Assembly (NCBI RefSeq): GCF_006345805.1
Contig: NC_043007.1
Coordinates: 74,338,001-74,402,000 of the forward strand
Length of the DNA stretch: 64,000 nt
Source: Octopus sinensis
Taxonomy: Eukaryota
Direction of reading: 5' to 3'
Shown: positions 49,380-63,699 of the stretch, piece after piece
Layout: each line of letters starts with the position of its first letter
Numbering within the stretch: the stretch's first letter is position 1
The notes under the pieces: model-generated
The model's database searches: none
Told to the model about the DNA's origin: nothing
The model's input: only the letters and a program-made list of their open reading frames with translations
Program-made: the position numbers and the translations under genes

Positions 49380-52200
49380 GTCATTTGCAGTGAGGTATGA
49401 CTAGGTTGCAGTAAAGATTTGGTTTTTTAAGAAACTTCAATGATGTTTTACCGTTTTATGGAACCAAACCAAAGATGCCAATACAACCATTGCCACAGAA
49501 TACTGTTGGCATGCTCTTACGTGTTCTCTCTTTCCTTCTTGTTTCATTTTGATCCTGTAATTTTAACATCTTTTATTATTGCTGTTTTCTGATATTCTTC
49601 ATGGCTGGTTGCTGTCTTTTCTTCTGCAGTCACTAATCAGGTAGTCCGTTTCATCGACACATTGCTCGCCATTAGGAGAACTGGATCCTCCTTATGACAT
49701 TTTGGGTTCCTTCTTCCACACTTTAGCTCACTGCAGTATTTGACCTTGGGGATCCTAGAGTCCTCCATACAATTTGAGTGTCCTATCCAACACATTTGCA
49801 GTTCCAACAAAATAAATTCAATATTTGTCATATTCGAGGTGGCGAGCTGGCAGAATCATTACTGCACTGGAAAAAATATGTAGCAGCATTTCTTCCGACT
49901 TTACATTCTGAGTTCAAATGCCGCTGAAGGTCAACTTTGCCTTTCATCCTTTCAGGATCAATAAAATAAGTACCAGCTGAGTACTGAGATCATTGTAATT
50001 GACTTATCCCCTCTCCTAAAATTGCTGGCTTTGTGTTCATAATTTGAAATCAGTATTTGTCATATTTGCCCACTGCTTGACCTCGGGGCTGGAGATGTAA
50101 ATCTTGCCAAAAATTGCTTATTATAGTCTTTTTGATGTGTTGACAGGCTTTGGCAGAATGCAAGATGGGTTAGCACTATTATTAAATACACTTTTGCTTT
50201 TTGTTGACCATTTTATTCTTTATTGTTTCCATAGTAACTTGTTCTAGTTGTGACAGCAGCAGACAAGGTGCAGCTAGCTACATTCACATCCAAATTGTTA
50301 CCAACAAAAAAATTATACTGGACAAATATGTAAACTTATCTACATTCAAAAGCAGATTCACAACTAAAAAAATTAGTAGTTCATTCCATATCCATATTTT
50401 CTATATTTCATCAGGGGAATAAATTGCCAGAATTGAGTCATCAGTGAAGAGAAGTTAGTGAATACATGTATCATACCCGTTTTTAGTGGATTTTAGCCAA
50501 GTTGGGTTCAACAGCTCACCATCCCTTTTTCTATGAATAAACACTATACTCATCAACTTGCTCATCATATTTACAAGTACAACACCCAGAAATATCACAA
50601 ATAGTGTTGGACTTAGTACAAAGAACTGCTTTACATCTTGAGCAGCGAGAAGGAAGGTTAAATTGTTGTTCCAAAGAGAGACTGTGATAGTCATACCATG
50701 ATAATACTGTTTGATTCTTTCCGAATTTGTCCAGACACTAATATCTATTGAGCAAGGTCCGTAAGCCTTCCCCTCCTTTTCTGTCTATAGCTTTCATAAA
50801 ACTAATGAACACAAAATTTGTGTGTGAATGGGTGGAATTTGCCATTCATTTGATAGATTTCTCTGAATTTTTCAACAGCATGAAAATCTAGTTTTCTTAT
50901 CAGGGCTCTAGACACAGAATCTATGTTGACTTTCAGGGAGAATTCACAGACATTTTTTGCAGTTGTCTGAGTAGTATTTTTACCAAAATTTTCCCTGCAA
51001 TCAAATGGAGGAAAATTTCTCAATTTCCACAGTTGGGTTGGTAGCCCTTCCACTTGCAAACAGTGACCCTTGTGCATCTTTGGACTGTGGTGGGAAGATG
51101 CAGCATTATCAACATTCTCTGAGGAATTAGAAAAGTCTACGATATAATTCCTTTCCCTTGCACTTACAGACTTTCATGGGAATGTTGTCAATACTCAGAA
51201 CTTTCCTCGGTCTTGTCTTGTGGTTAGCATTTTCCAGCTTCTCTTTATTTGGTGATGAGTCCAAACTAAATGCACAGTCCCATGTTTACTTTAAAAACTT
51301 CCCTCACAGGCATTAAAATTGTTGAAGACATCAGTCGTTGGTACTGTATCCAGGTGTCTTGGTAGCAGATTGCAGGAATTTTTCTTTCTGTTCTATTGGT
51401 TTGTCATTGTTGAAAGATAAATACATAATCAATTATACTTCGATTACCATCTCACTTTTATTAGTCTATTACAACACCAGTTAGCTGACAAGTATGCTTA
51501 TGAAGGCAAACATCATCCTCATTTCCTGGGCAAAAGAAGCTTTGATTTAGCTAGCATTTCTGGCCTTCCCAGTGGTGTTTAATACAACTATATAGCTGTC
51601 TCTTGTTTGAGTCTTCCATAATTGACCCCACCCAATATTATTCTGATATTTCAAGGATCCAATTAGTTTCTTGGTCACAGAAAAAGAAAACCTACGGAGC
51701 ATGATATCCTAGCAAGATCAACCCTTTGCCCAAAGCCTTTTCATAAGCTTGTGATAAATGTCCATACTTGCTTTCAGACTGTTTTAGTCAGCCCTTTCAT
51801 ACATACAGTAGAGTATAACGTTTTGCTTTCATAAGTTACAAGTTATTCTTGTGGTTGAGAAAAATTGAGAATGTGTTTCATATATGATGCATGGATGGCA
51901 GTGAAACATGTCCTTCATATCACATGCAATACACAGGACAAGCAAAGATTTAAGATGAGTGAACAGTTTTTATTCTTTCTTTTATCTGAATATTTCCAGA
52001 TTGGGTTGGATGTCATGTTACTTAGAGATTCCGGATTCCTTTAAAAAAGACTGCGGTTCATTACCATTTTCCTGCATAAATGACCAACCATCACATTTAA
52101 GTTGCCATTGTACAGATGCTTGGCTAAAATTTGCTGCCTTTGCATACCATCCATGTCTCCAATCTTGTTTCAGGTGCACCTTTTAGTTGTAAAATGATAC
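49380..52200 (-). mobile_element. Long degraded RTE-clade LINE ORF2 (EN-RT-C terminus), with a SINE insert at ~49840-50050
   Basis: DVKQFFVLSPTLFVIFL (GVKQG..L.PTLF), RDGELLN, LLFTDDS (YADD-like), WIGHSNCMEDSRIPK; many stops and frameshifts. Confidence 0.8.
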
Positions 52201-52993
52201 AGACATCCTCTACATCCTTGGACCCTTTATTCAGCACATCATCAAAGGTATAACACTGGGGGGTAGTGGGGTGCTTTTATCTAATCCAGGGGTCGCCAAA
52301 CTTTTTCGACCATCGACCCACCCCTCTTTAGCCACTTCTTCCACATCGATCCCCTTTAGCAACTTCTTCTCCATTGACCACCCACCTCATTTAAAATATC
52401 TTAATACGCTACCTTACTGTACTGTACTATATCTTAAATGCGTAGCAGGTACTGACACTGCCAATTAAAATGTTAGCTAAAATATACATGTATGACAAAT
52501 TAAGAAATTCTGTTGAAGATGACACACGTTTTACATTTAAAGCTGCGTGTACGATTATACAGTATTAAACTTTCAAATTTTAGTGAAATTGTTTTCACAG
52601 TTAGAAAATGTGAAAAATGCATCATATTGCTGGAATATCGTTTATTGAAATTGACAACATCAATGTGAGGGATGAGCATGGCACTCACTAAGTATTTCAA
52701 GCAGTTCATCTTGGTGAGCTGGTCTTTTTCATGCTGTCCCTTATTTGACCCCCTGTAATTCCTCGTCGAATGCTGTTGTGATGGATTGCAACTAATTAAT
52801 GCTGTTGTGGTGGATTGCAACTATTTAACCAGGCCTGGTTGTGTGGTCAAGAAGCTACTTTTCTAACCATGTGGTTTAAGATTCAATCCCTCTATATGGC
52901 AACTTGGCTTTGGATTGACCAAAGCCCTGTGAGTAGATTTGGTAGATAGCACATAGTTCATATATATATACGTGGTGTGTGTTTGCCAAACTA

Positions 52994-53557
52994 TTGGGTT
53001 GCCCGGAAAGTTCGTGCTGATTTTTAAAGGAAAGAAAAAGGTTGATAAATATTTGCCATTATATTTTTGATCAACCAAATATAAACCATTTTGTTGCACA
53101 ATGCGTCGTCTTCTTTCAATTAACTTGAAAATACCCTCTTCCCAGAATTGAGGTGGTTTCATGGCAAAGAATTCATCAAGGTATCTTTTTATGTCATCCA
53201 AGGAATTGAAATTTTTACCATTAAGACTATTCTGCAGAGACCTGAAGAAGTGGAAATCCAAAGGAGCTATATGTGGTGAATATGGAGGGTGGGGTAACAT
53301 CCCATCTGAGCTGTAGCAATTTTTGTCTGGTCCCCAAAGCATCAAGTGCCGAAAATGAACTTTCTTATCTTCCATTTTAAAGGGTTACAGAATTAACACA
53401 GGTTATAGGAACTTAAACCTTCTTCCACGAAAAGATAGCTTAAACTGTGCTCTTAATGAAGGTGTAGTCAAATCCTATTTTATGGACTCAACCATGTTTT
53501 AAAATAAGTTGAAAGGTAAGCTGCTATAAATCGGCACAAACTTTCCGGACAACCCAA
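52994..53557 (-). mobile_element. Internally deleted mariner with intact TIRs and transposase C-terminus
   Basis: TA|ttgggttgcccggaaagtt...aactttccggacaacccaa|TA; HPPYSPHIAPLDFHFFRSLQNSLNGKNF. Confidence 0.9.
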
Positions 53558-54210
53558 TACATATTGGATAGCCGGGATTATCACAAAGCAGAAGAATGAC
53601 TATATATATACAGCAAATAATGACAAAAAAAGACAAAACACAGAAGTTCCATTAAGTGGACAATGTGCTGATGTGAAATGGCAGGATTTTAAATTATTTT
53701 CATTTTACAAATGCTTAGATTCAATGACTGAACAACAACAAATAAATAAAGAATTTATGAATTCTAAACCTTACTTGAACAGTTGACAATTTCCTTGACT
53801 TATGACATAAAGAATACTAGCACTACAGAGCTCCATAGAAGAGGAGACAAGCACAATTTGATCACACAAAAAGCTACTTTTTGCATGATCATTTTCATAT
53901 CAAAATACATTTTTTTCTGTGAATAATTATATATCATTTGAAAGTTCTGGATGTGACCTTTCTTCTCATATACTTTTGATCAAAATCCAACACTTACATA
54001 TGCCAGGTTCCTTCAGTTACCCTTGTATTCCCACCCATTCAATAAGTTTCTCCTATTTTTGATTTTGAGTGCTGAACGATAACCCTCATTCTTGTTCACT
54101 GTACCGGAGCACAATAACTCAGTTTGTGTTGAAAATGATACTGTTATAAAGAGAACATTTTTTACTTTATTTTGATATAAAAATCAATGAGGCAGGTCAG
54201 ATAACTATTA

Positions 54211-54554
54211 TCTCTCTATATATAAATAGCAAAATGTCTGCGTGTGTGTCCTTTATACATATCCACAATTTTTCATTTAGAGGGCTTGCACTTTCTATGG
54301 TCATTTAAAACCGTCCAAGGGTGGTCGTACACATCTTTACATTTCCTCAGTCACCCTGCAAAGCCATTAAAAAATCAATAGAAGTGACTTTTTTGTGAAT
54401 TTTCTATCCAAAACCCAATCAAAATGCCCAAAACTTGATACGCCTATTGAATGCCAGCTAGCTGTATGTGATTGGTCGGAGATTTGGACAGTACTCGCGT
54501 ATATGTGTGCATGCACTAGCATTATGACCCAGCGTTGCTGGGTCATAGTGCTAG
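54211..54554 (+). mobile_element. Non-autonomous Helitron
   Basis: A|TCTCTCTATATATAAA...hairpin...CTAG|T. Confidence 0.8.
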
Positions 54555-55965
54555 TTATGAAATATTGTAGTTAAAATTTTATTGTTATTTTTCTATCAGA
54601 AAAGAACAAATTTTCTTTAAGATTTTTATACCATAAGAAAAAAAAATCTCTCGCAAATTCAATATGGTCATTGTTGAAACTGACCATGATATGACGCAAA
54701 AGTACAAAGTCAATAAAAAGGGGACTACCACAGCTGTTCATATAGGATTAACACATACTGATACTACTTGTCAAATGCCAGTTTGATAAGTAGTGTGTGT
54801 AAGAAATAACATTTACTGACAGGAAAATATGCTAGATGAAAAGGTGTGTAATTTAAGGGAGTTTTAGCTGTTGTTTCTAGCCCATCCCATGACCACTTGG
54901 TACCTTCCTCATCTCCCTACTCTTGCCTCAAGTGAATCTGTGCATGTGTGTGCGTATGTGTACATTTAAAAGGCATTTGGGAAATGTGTGATTTTTTTTT
55001 TATCCCCACCCTTTGTTTTTGTTTATAATTTTAAAATATTGGAGAGCCTGAGAAGGTCATTCCGGGGATTTATCCACTGATTTAAAAAAAATATGTAAAA
55101 GGTAATTTATTTTATTAGCATACTTTTCTGTTAGTAAATATACTTTTCCTTACTCACACTCACACACACACACACACTTACTTGCTGTGGAGTGTGTGTG
55201 TGTGGGGGGTAAAAATTCAAACTACAAAATTTTTTTGGTTGCTTAAATCCCAACAATGGACCACCCTTGGACTAAACAAGACCTCTGTGTTACTTCTGCA
55301 TCACCTATCCATAAAATGTGTTCATGGGGAGAAAAGTATTGAAAAGCATCACTATATGTCAGAGCCACAAAGAAATGAGGAAAATACCTGGTGGTAATAG
55401 GATGTGCTAGAAACAACAGCTAAATCTCCTTTAAATCACTTAGCTTTTTGTCTGAAAATACCCCCCCCCCCCCTTTTTTTTTTATTATTATTGCTGAAAA
55501 GGCTCCGCCCATCATTTTTAAGTGTGTAGTGCAAAAAAAAAAAAATTGTCCGAAGTTGGTCCAGATGGGGATGAAGGGGAAGGGGTGTGTGAAGAAAATC
55601 ATAAGGTTACAAAATGTTTTTTCATAAAATGCTTTCCCTCACCATTTCCAAGGCTGCAGTGAAAACAAAATTTGAAAATTCCCCATCAAAATGGACAAAA
55701 TCCAACTTATGTGGGCATCTTGATCCATTAAAATTTTATTGAAATGGTATTGTCCCAAAAGCTCAGGATCTATTTAGATCTGTACCTACTACAAATGTGC
55801 CAAAAACTCAAGTCCCTAAACAGTGTGAAATCAACCAACTGTTTGTTACATGCAACAAAATATTTTAAAAATTGCCAAAACTAAAAGAAAATTTCATTTT
55901 TGGATTTGGTTTGCAAGATTCTTTATGTGAGTTCGTGTATTGAAGCATATTCTGTTGTGTCTGAC

Positions 55966-56174
55966 GAGAGTAATTTTCTTTTTGTGCTTTATAATTTAAC
56001 ACATACACCGGTAAAATTTCCACTTATTTCTTATTTTTATTTTCCTTAAAATTTTCGTTGCATCGTGCAACCTTTTCAAGATGCAACGAAAATTTTAGGA
56101 AAATAAAAATAAATAAGTGGAAATTTTACCAGTGTGTGTGTTAAATTATAAGGCACAAAAAGAAAATGACTCTC
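55966..56174. repeat. Inverted pair of a dispersed AT-rich repeat (~95-bp arms, 15-bp spacer)
   Basis: 55966-56064 is the reverse complement of 56080-56174. A single copy lies at 62908-63032. Confidence 0.85.
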
Positions 56175-56309
56175 CCCTGATGCAACAAAAAAAATTTCAT
56201 TTTCAAGAATCTGAAAAAAAAAGTAGGCAACTGTTATCCCTTGGCCACTATTAATTCATGTAATTTGAAGATGGTTATCACCTGAATTTCAAAGATATGA
56301 CAATCTCAA

Positions 56310-56940
56310 ATCATCATCATCATCATCGTCGTTTAATGTCCGCTTTCCATGCTAGCATGAGTTGGACAGTTTGACTGTGGGCTGGCGAACCAGATGACTG
56401 CACCAGGCTCCAGTCTTGATCTGGCAGAGTTTCTACAGCTGGATGCCCTTCCTAATGCCAATCACTCCGAGAGTGTAGTGGGTGCTTTTATGTGCCACCG
56501 AAATGGGGGCCAGTCAGGAGGTACTGGCAACGACCTCGCTCAAATTTTTTCACACATGCCAATGGCACAGGTGCCTGTAAGGTGATGCTGGTAACGATCC
56601 TGCTCGAATGGTGCCTCTTACATGCCACCGGCACGGAAGCCAGTTAGCTGCTCTGGCAACGATCACGCTCGGATGGTGCTCTTAGCACCCTACTAGCATG
56701 GGGCACAAGTGCCAGTAAGATGAGGCTGGCAACGATCACACTCGAATGGTGCCTATTATGTGCCACTGGCACGGAAGCCGGTCTGTCAATGATCATGCTC
56801 GTATGGTGCTCATGCCCATCATCGAATTTCACTTTGATTTTGATTTCGATTTCACTTGCCTCAACAGGTCTTCGCAAGCAGAGTTTAGTGTTCAAAGAAG
56901 GAAAAGGTATGCACAAGTGGGCTGGTTACACCCCTGGCAT
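56310..56940 (-). mobile_element. Near full-length SINE family C
   Basis: From the (CAT)n tail to the 5' part ggctggttacacccctggcat. Confidence 0.8.
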
Positions 56941-58184
56941 GGCTAATTATTCATATAGGCCTAATTAGGTAAAATTTTGACCAATTTGCTGACCATTCAG
57001 ATTATCATATTTTCTAAAGTATTCATCCAAATTTCACAAATGAGGTGTCAAAATGTTTCTTTTTGGATGCTCTCCAAGAAAAGCAGAAGTTTGTTTTAAA
57101 TATTTTCAAAAATTCATAGTGATACCTAATATAACAGAAAGCTGTTTAGATACATATGCATGGGTTTGCGCACACATATTCACATACTGTTTGGATGTAC
57201 ACAGTTTATCATTAACCTTTGTGTGTGTGTATCTTTGTATATCTTATAAAGACTTCAATTTTTCCTAAAGAAAGTACTTACCCTTTAGCATTCAGATTAC
57301 TCTGTCAAATGTAATACTCACTTATTCTCATTATTTTCAATTAATCATGCATTACCTCATTTCTTTGAGATTTCAGTGATTTGATTTTATATTTATAAAA
57401 TTGCATTGTAGAACAGGTGCAAGAGGCTGGATCTGGCCATGGCCAGTTAAAAGGCTAACATGCCTGGAACCAAAGTTCAGCTAACCACTCCTTATCTTTA
57501 ACCTGCCCACCTCATTCTTCTACCCTCAACACTCACCTCTGCTGATCTCTCTACCTGGTTCTCATTACCATGTCTGCCTATCAATATCTTTAGGGCAGTC
57601 TAGTGTTTAGAAATCTTAACTTGATACTTAAGTTCCTAACTCAACACTCCTTACTTTACTGTTTAAAAACCATATCCTTTCACACAAATTCTTTACTGAA
57701 CATTCTTTGTCTTGTAACATGACACTCTAGTTCTCAGCCTTCAACTCTCTACATATATCAACTATTGTAGTTACTTTCTCATTTGCATTTGGTAAGTCCA
57801 GAATAGACAAAACAAGTTAAAAAGATCTAATATATCTAAATAAAATGCCATTTACTTTTGGCCTTTTTCATTTTTCTAAAAAGATTACAATTCTCTTAAT
57901 GTTGTACATTTTCACCCAGTTTTTTCTTTGTATGATACAATATCTTAACACTTTTCACACCAATGAAGCTATAGAGTGATACACAAACATTCAACTATGA
58001 GTGCATTACATCTTATAACAGAAACAGCTGTTCATGACATAATTTCTTATTCCTTTGTCATTCTACATGTTACTGCTCTGTTCTCAACTGACACTTCCTT
58101 CTGAAGCATTTGTATATTGATTTCTAACACCAGGTCATTAGTATTGCTATGCCTATGTAAAATAATATATATATATATATATAT

Positions 58185-58374
58185 ACTCTTTTACTTGTTT
58201 CAGTCATTTTGACTGCGACCATGCTGGAGCATCGCCTTTTTAGTCGAGCAACTCGACCCCGGGACTTATCCTTTGTAAGCTCAGTACTTATTCTATCGGC
58301 TTCTTTTGCCGAACCGTTAAGTAACGGGGACATAAACACACCAGCATCGGTGGTATGTTTAGGGGGACAAACAT

Positions 58375-58446
<72 letters not shown>

Positions 58447-58608
58447 GATGGGCTTCTTTCAGTTTCCATCTACCAAATCCACTCACAAGGCTTTGGTCGG
58501 CCTGAGGCTATAGTAGAAGACACTTGCCCAAGGTGCCACGCAGTGGGACTGAACCTGGAACCATGTGGTTGGTAAGCAAGCTACCTACCACACAGCCACT
58601 CCTACGCC
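58185..58608 (-). mobile_element. SINE family A
   Basis: Reverse complement of 4175-4578. Confidence 0.9.
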
Positions 58609-59144
58609 TATATGTATATATATATCATCATCATCATCCTTTAATGTCTGTTGTCCATGCTCGCATGTGTCAGATAGTTTGACTAGAGCTGGCAATCTAG
58701 GGAGCTGCACTAGACTCTAGTCTGATTTGGCATGGTTTCTATGGCTGGATGCTCTTCCTAATGCCAACCACTTTACAGAGTGTGCTGGGTGCTTTTACAT
58801 AGCACTGCATGGGAGTTTTTATGTGGTTCCACACGGGTGCTTTTATGTGGCTCCATGCGGGTGCTTTTACATGACTCTGCATGGGTGCTTTTACATGGCA
58901 CTGGCATGATTACTTTTTACATGGCACTGGCCCAAGACTCTTGCAGATAATCCTTACCACCAGCGGGGCTGGTCTTAACACTTTTGCTGCAGAGTAATCA
59001 TTATTGTCATTTAAGGTCCATATTGGCATAGGTTGGACAATTTGACAAGATCTGACGGGTCCAAGGACTGCATTGTGCACCAATATCTGCTTTGGTATGG
59101 CTTCTACATTTAGATGCCCTTCCAATGCCAGCCACTTTGCATGG

Positions 59145-59640
59145 CATCCTATCACATTCTTCCTCCAAATCAGTGAAAGCCAGAAATAATGGTTTATTCT
59201 TAGCCAAGTATTTCTCCTGCAGTTACCTCAATAGCAAGATTGCATCTGTGGTGCCCCTTCAACAAAGCCAAACTGCATCTCATCCAAGTCTACTCTATCA
59301 TGGATCAATTGTGCTGATGACTCTGTGACCTTCAAAACTTGGTCTACTAGTTTGATTCCTTCATAGCTACTTTTCTCTAAGTCACCTGCTATGCCAATCA
59401 TTGAGTATGACCCCTTCCAGAATGACTTGATTAACTGTGTGGGTGGCAATCTTGTATCCTACTTCTTCAGATATTTTTAGCATCTCTGCAACTATTCCTG
59501 ATTGGTCCCCACCAACATCTTTATATGTTGGATTACCTTGTCATACTGCTGTCAACTTGAATTGCTGGTCTGTCTGTTTGGTCAGCATAGAGTATTCCCT
59601 GTTTGTTTCAAGCATTCCCTGAATTTGGTAGCCTTTCATA
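59145..59640 (-). pseudogene. RTE/RTE-X-type reverse transcriptase fragment
   Basis: SYEGIKLVDQVLKV...LDEMQFGF and LQEKYLAKNKPLFLAFTDLEE (F.DL.KAFD motif). Confidence 0.8.
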
Positions 59641-61251
59641 ATAGCGCTTCCATACTGGGGCTAAAGTAAAAGACAGTTGCCAAAGGTGCCATGCAGTAGG
59701 AGTGGACTTGAACTACATGGTTGCAAAACGAGTTATTTAATCACAGAACCTTTGATCTTAAAACAATTATTTTCATTTAAATTTGAAATGTCCATTATTA
59801 AAAAGGAAGAAGTTTCCATCTTCATTCATTATTCATCTGTCATATTCTCCATGATTTATGTGTGTGACTGATGATATGTTGTTATGTTGACTTGTAAACC
59901 ATTTTTTCCCTCATGTATTTTGGAATCAAAACCATTTTACAACTGAAATTTTCCAGAGTGCTGTTTAGAATTTTTTTTCTTCTGATATTTAAGAGTATAT
60001 CATAATTGTTTTTAGTCCATATTTTAAGAGATTTTGAAAATTTCAATTGAATCCGAATTTGTGAATATGCAAGACCAAATAAAACGAACTAGCGTGTATT
60101 GTCAGTTACATGCTTTCTTAAATAGTTGCTCATAGTTGAAGCATTATCAATGATCTCACGTTGGTATTTTTAAGCTAATATGTTCCTAACTCAACTTGGA
60201 ATGTTAAATACTATTCTGCACTTTATCTCTCTAACAATCAATTAGATGTATTTTCTTGATAGTGTTTGTCTGTACTTCACAAATGCACTCCTACAAGTAC
60301 ACACACACACACACTCACACACACACTAGTGATAAGTCAATGAAATTAGAAGAAATTGTTTGAAATCCTAACTCAATGTGGTTAATAGGTGTTATAATAC
60401 TAACCACCATTGTATATAATGCATATTGAATATATGTGTTTTCTCTAAAAAAAAAGAAAAATGTTTTTGCTGTCAATATTTCTCCTCCCCAATAAAATTT
60501 ACAACACTCATTGCAAAAAAAACCCATATCACCTGCTTCTGTTCTGGTTTCCACCAGAACCTCATGATATACATGAACAGATGGGACAGTGGAAAAATAT
60601 CAGCTTGCCTGAGATACTGCACTACTGTATTCCATAGCAGTGTTTCCCAACCTGGGGCCATGGCAAAATTCAGTGGGGCCACAGAAGAATTTGCAAGTTA
60701 GGGATGGAGGGCACAGACTCAGTGTTGAGGGCCACACTACTATTTAAGACAAAGCTGAAGTACTTTTTTCACTAATAATGTCTTGTGGGGTGGGTCCACA
60801 GGAAAATTACAAACTTTAGCATAGTGAGCATGAGCTCAAATTAAGTAAGAACCACTGATCATCATTATCATCATCATTTAACGTCCGCTTTCCATGCTAG
60901 CATGGGTTGGACGATTTGACTGAGGTCTGGCGAACCAGACTCCAATCTGATCTGGCAGAGTTTCTACAGCTTGATGCCCTTCTTAACACCAACCACTCTG
61001 AGAGTGTAGTGGGTGCTTTTACGTGCCACTGGCATGAGGGCCAGTTTAGTGGTACTGGCAACGGCCACGCCCAAATGGTGCTTTTTATGTGCCACCATGC
61101 ACAGGAGCCAGTCCAGCAACACTGATGATGACCTAAGTTAAACCATTACATGTCAGAGTATGGTGCATCTGGACTAATACATCTGTAGATTGTATCTAGT
61201 CACTGACTAGATTCACGAAATGGTAACTGAAGCATAGAATTGTGAATTTAA

Positions 61252-61465
61252 CCCTTTTGGATTTAAATTGGCCATATCCAGCCAAATATTCTACCTGCTC
61301 TCGGTTCAAACCAGCCAGATCCAGCCTCTCACATCTACCCTACAATACCATTCTAGAAATAAACAATCATATCATTGAAATCTCAAAGTTACAAGATGAT
61401 GCATGATTAATTCCAAACAATCTGAATAAACAAACATTATGTTTGACTCTCTGAACGCTAAAGGG
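61252..61465. mobile_element. piggyBac-type MITE
   Basis: TTAA|cccttt...aaaggg|TTAA. Related copies near 8155-8385, 43250-43465, 48125-48345 and 57280-57440. Confidence 0.75.
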
Positions 61466-62404
61466 TTAAGATGCTGCTTGATAGCCATTAGGGTCTGCTC
61501 TTGGGAAATGGTGAGTAGCTCAATCTATACAGCATCGACCAAATTACCTCCAATTATGCCACTTTAGTTTCTGAGTTCAAATTTCACCGAGATCAATATT
61601 TCCTTTCATTCTTCCAAGGTCAAATAAAATAGATTTATCTATGGCTGATTAAACTGATTGTGTCCCTCCTTAAATTTGTGGCCATGTCTCTATATTAGAA
61701 ATGTGTTATTGGGCCTGGCACATTTCCCTCAGTTTGTTTATTTGGAAAACAGGTTCCATTTACACCTGAAAGTTGTGTGGTTAGCTAAAGGTAGCAAACT
61801 GTAAAAATCTGTTTCTTTTGTATTGATGGAAATATATTTTTTAACAATCTTGTGCCTTTTTTTTTTTACCAAAAAACTGAGGTTAAAAATTTAAAAAAAT
61901 TTTTGGTATAAATAATACAAGATTACCTATGAGTAGAACTTTATAGATCTTTGTAAAGAGTAAGAGAGAAAAAAAATTAAGCATGTATGTCTACTAGCAG
62001 TGCCCCAGCATGGTCAAGAATCCAATAATACATTTTCTTCCTTGGACACTGACTTAAAATTCAAACTTTTAATCCCACCAAAATTTATCTAAAAACGATT
62101 TTCTCCCTTACAGTAACTGGCCATAAGGCACATCACATGTTCAAAATAATCCTTTCTACTATAGGCACAAGACCTGAGATTTTTTGTGGGGAAAGAAGCT
62201 AAGTCAATTATATCAGCCCCAGTGCACAACTGGTACTTATTACACTGACTTTGAAAGGATTTAAAGCAAAATTGACTTTGACAGAGTTTGAACTCAAAAT
62301 GTTGAAACGGTCAAAATACTGTTTAAGCATTTTGTCCGGCATGCTAACAATTTTGCCAGCTCACCACCTTACATGATAAAATGTTTACTCTCTTTCTCTC
62401 TTTT

Positions 62405-62791
62405 ACTCTTTTAGTTGTTTCAGTCATTTGACTGCGGCCATGCTGGAGCACCGCCTTTAGTCGAGCAACTCGACCCCGGGACTTATTCTTTGTAAGCCCA
62501 GTACTTATTCTATCTATCTCTTTTGCCGAACCGCTAAGTGACGGGGATGTAAACACACCAGCATCGGTTGTCAAGCAATGCTGGGGGTACAAACACAGAC
62601 ACACAAACATATATACATATACATATATATGACAGGCTTCTTTCAGTTTCCGTCTACCAAATCCACTCACAAGGCATTGGTCGGCCCGGGGCTATAGCAG
62701 AAGACACTTGCCCAAGATGCCATGCAGTGGGACTGAACCCGGAACCATGTGGTTGGTTAGCAAGCTACTTACCACACAGCTACTCCTGCGC
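62405..62791 (-). mobile_element. SINE family A
   Basis: Reverse complement of 4175-4578. Confidence 0.9.
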
Positions 62792-63662
62792 CAGTTTAGG
62801 ATATAATTCAGAAAGAAGTCCTCCCTTACCTTCTCGAGCAAAACTGAAAAAAAATTTAGTTTAAGTCTTTTACATTAACACAAACTTAATTTAGAGAGTC
62901 AAGACTATTGAAAAGGTTGCAAGATGCAACGAAAATTTTAAGAAAATAAAAATAAGAAGTAAGTGGAAATTTTACCGGTGAGTGTGTTACATTATAAGGC
63001 ACAAGAAGAAAATGACTCTCTCCAGACACAACTTAATTTACATTTTCGGTGTAAAGTTACAATGATAAAGAGTGGAATTTTAGTATTTAAGACAATATCA
63101 TTTTTATTTTAACAATGTAGCTTTAAAAAATATATATGTGCAGGTGTGGTTTTGTGGTAAGAAGTTTGCTTCTCAGTTCCAGGTTCAATCCCACTGTGTG
63201 GCACTTAGTGGCAGGTGTCTTATGCGATAGCCTTGGGTTGATCAAGGCCTTCCATAATAATGAAATAATTGGTAGACAGAAACTTTTAGAAGCCTGTCAT
63301 GTGTGTGTGTGTGTGTATATATATATATTCTTTTATTCTTTTACTGGAGCACCGCCTTTAGTCGAGCAAATCGACCCCAGAACTTTTCTTTGTAAGCTTA
63401 GTACTTATTCTATCAGTCTCTTTTGTCAAACCACTAAGTTACGGGGATGTAAAAACACCTGCATCAGTTGTCAGGTGATGTTGGTGGGAGAAAAACACAC
63501 ATGTGTGTATGTATATATATATACATTATCAGCTGTAGAAACACTGCCAGATCTGACTGGCCTGGTGCAGCCTTCGGGCTCCCCAGACCTCAGTTGAACC
63601 GTCCAACCCATGCTAGCATGGAAAGCGGACGTTAAATGATGATGATGATGATGATGATGATG

Positions 63663-63699
<37 letters not shown>

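Noticed and set aside
51999-52186. Strong-looking plus-strand splice acceptor and 75-aa ORF
   Set aside because: Appears to be the antisense strand of the decayed RTE endonuclease region.
60638-60857. Possible hAT MITE (cagtg...cactg)
   Set aside because: TIR match is weak and there is no 8-bp TSD; left unannotated.
18473-61130. Other CTGATGA / TCATCAG occurrences (e.g. ~18473, 19667, 36629, 39203, 50438, 59316, 61123)
   Set aside because: No downstream stem II-GAAA-stem III-NUH arrangement or stem I pairing seen by eye.
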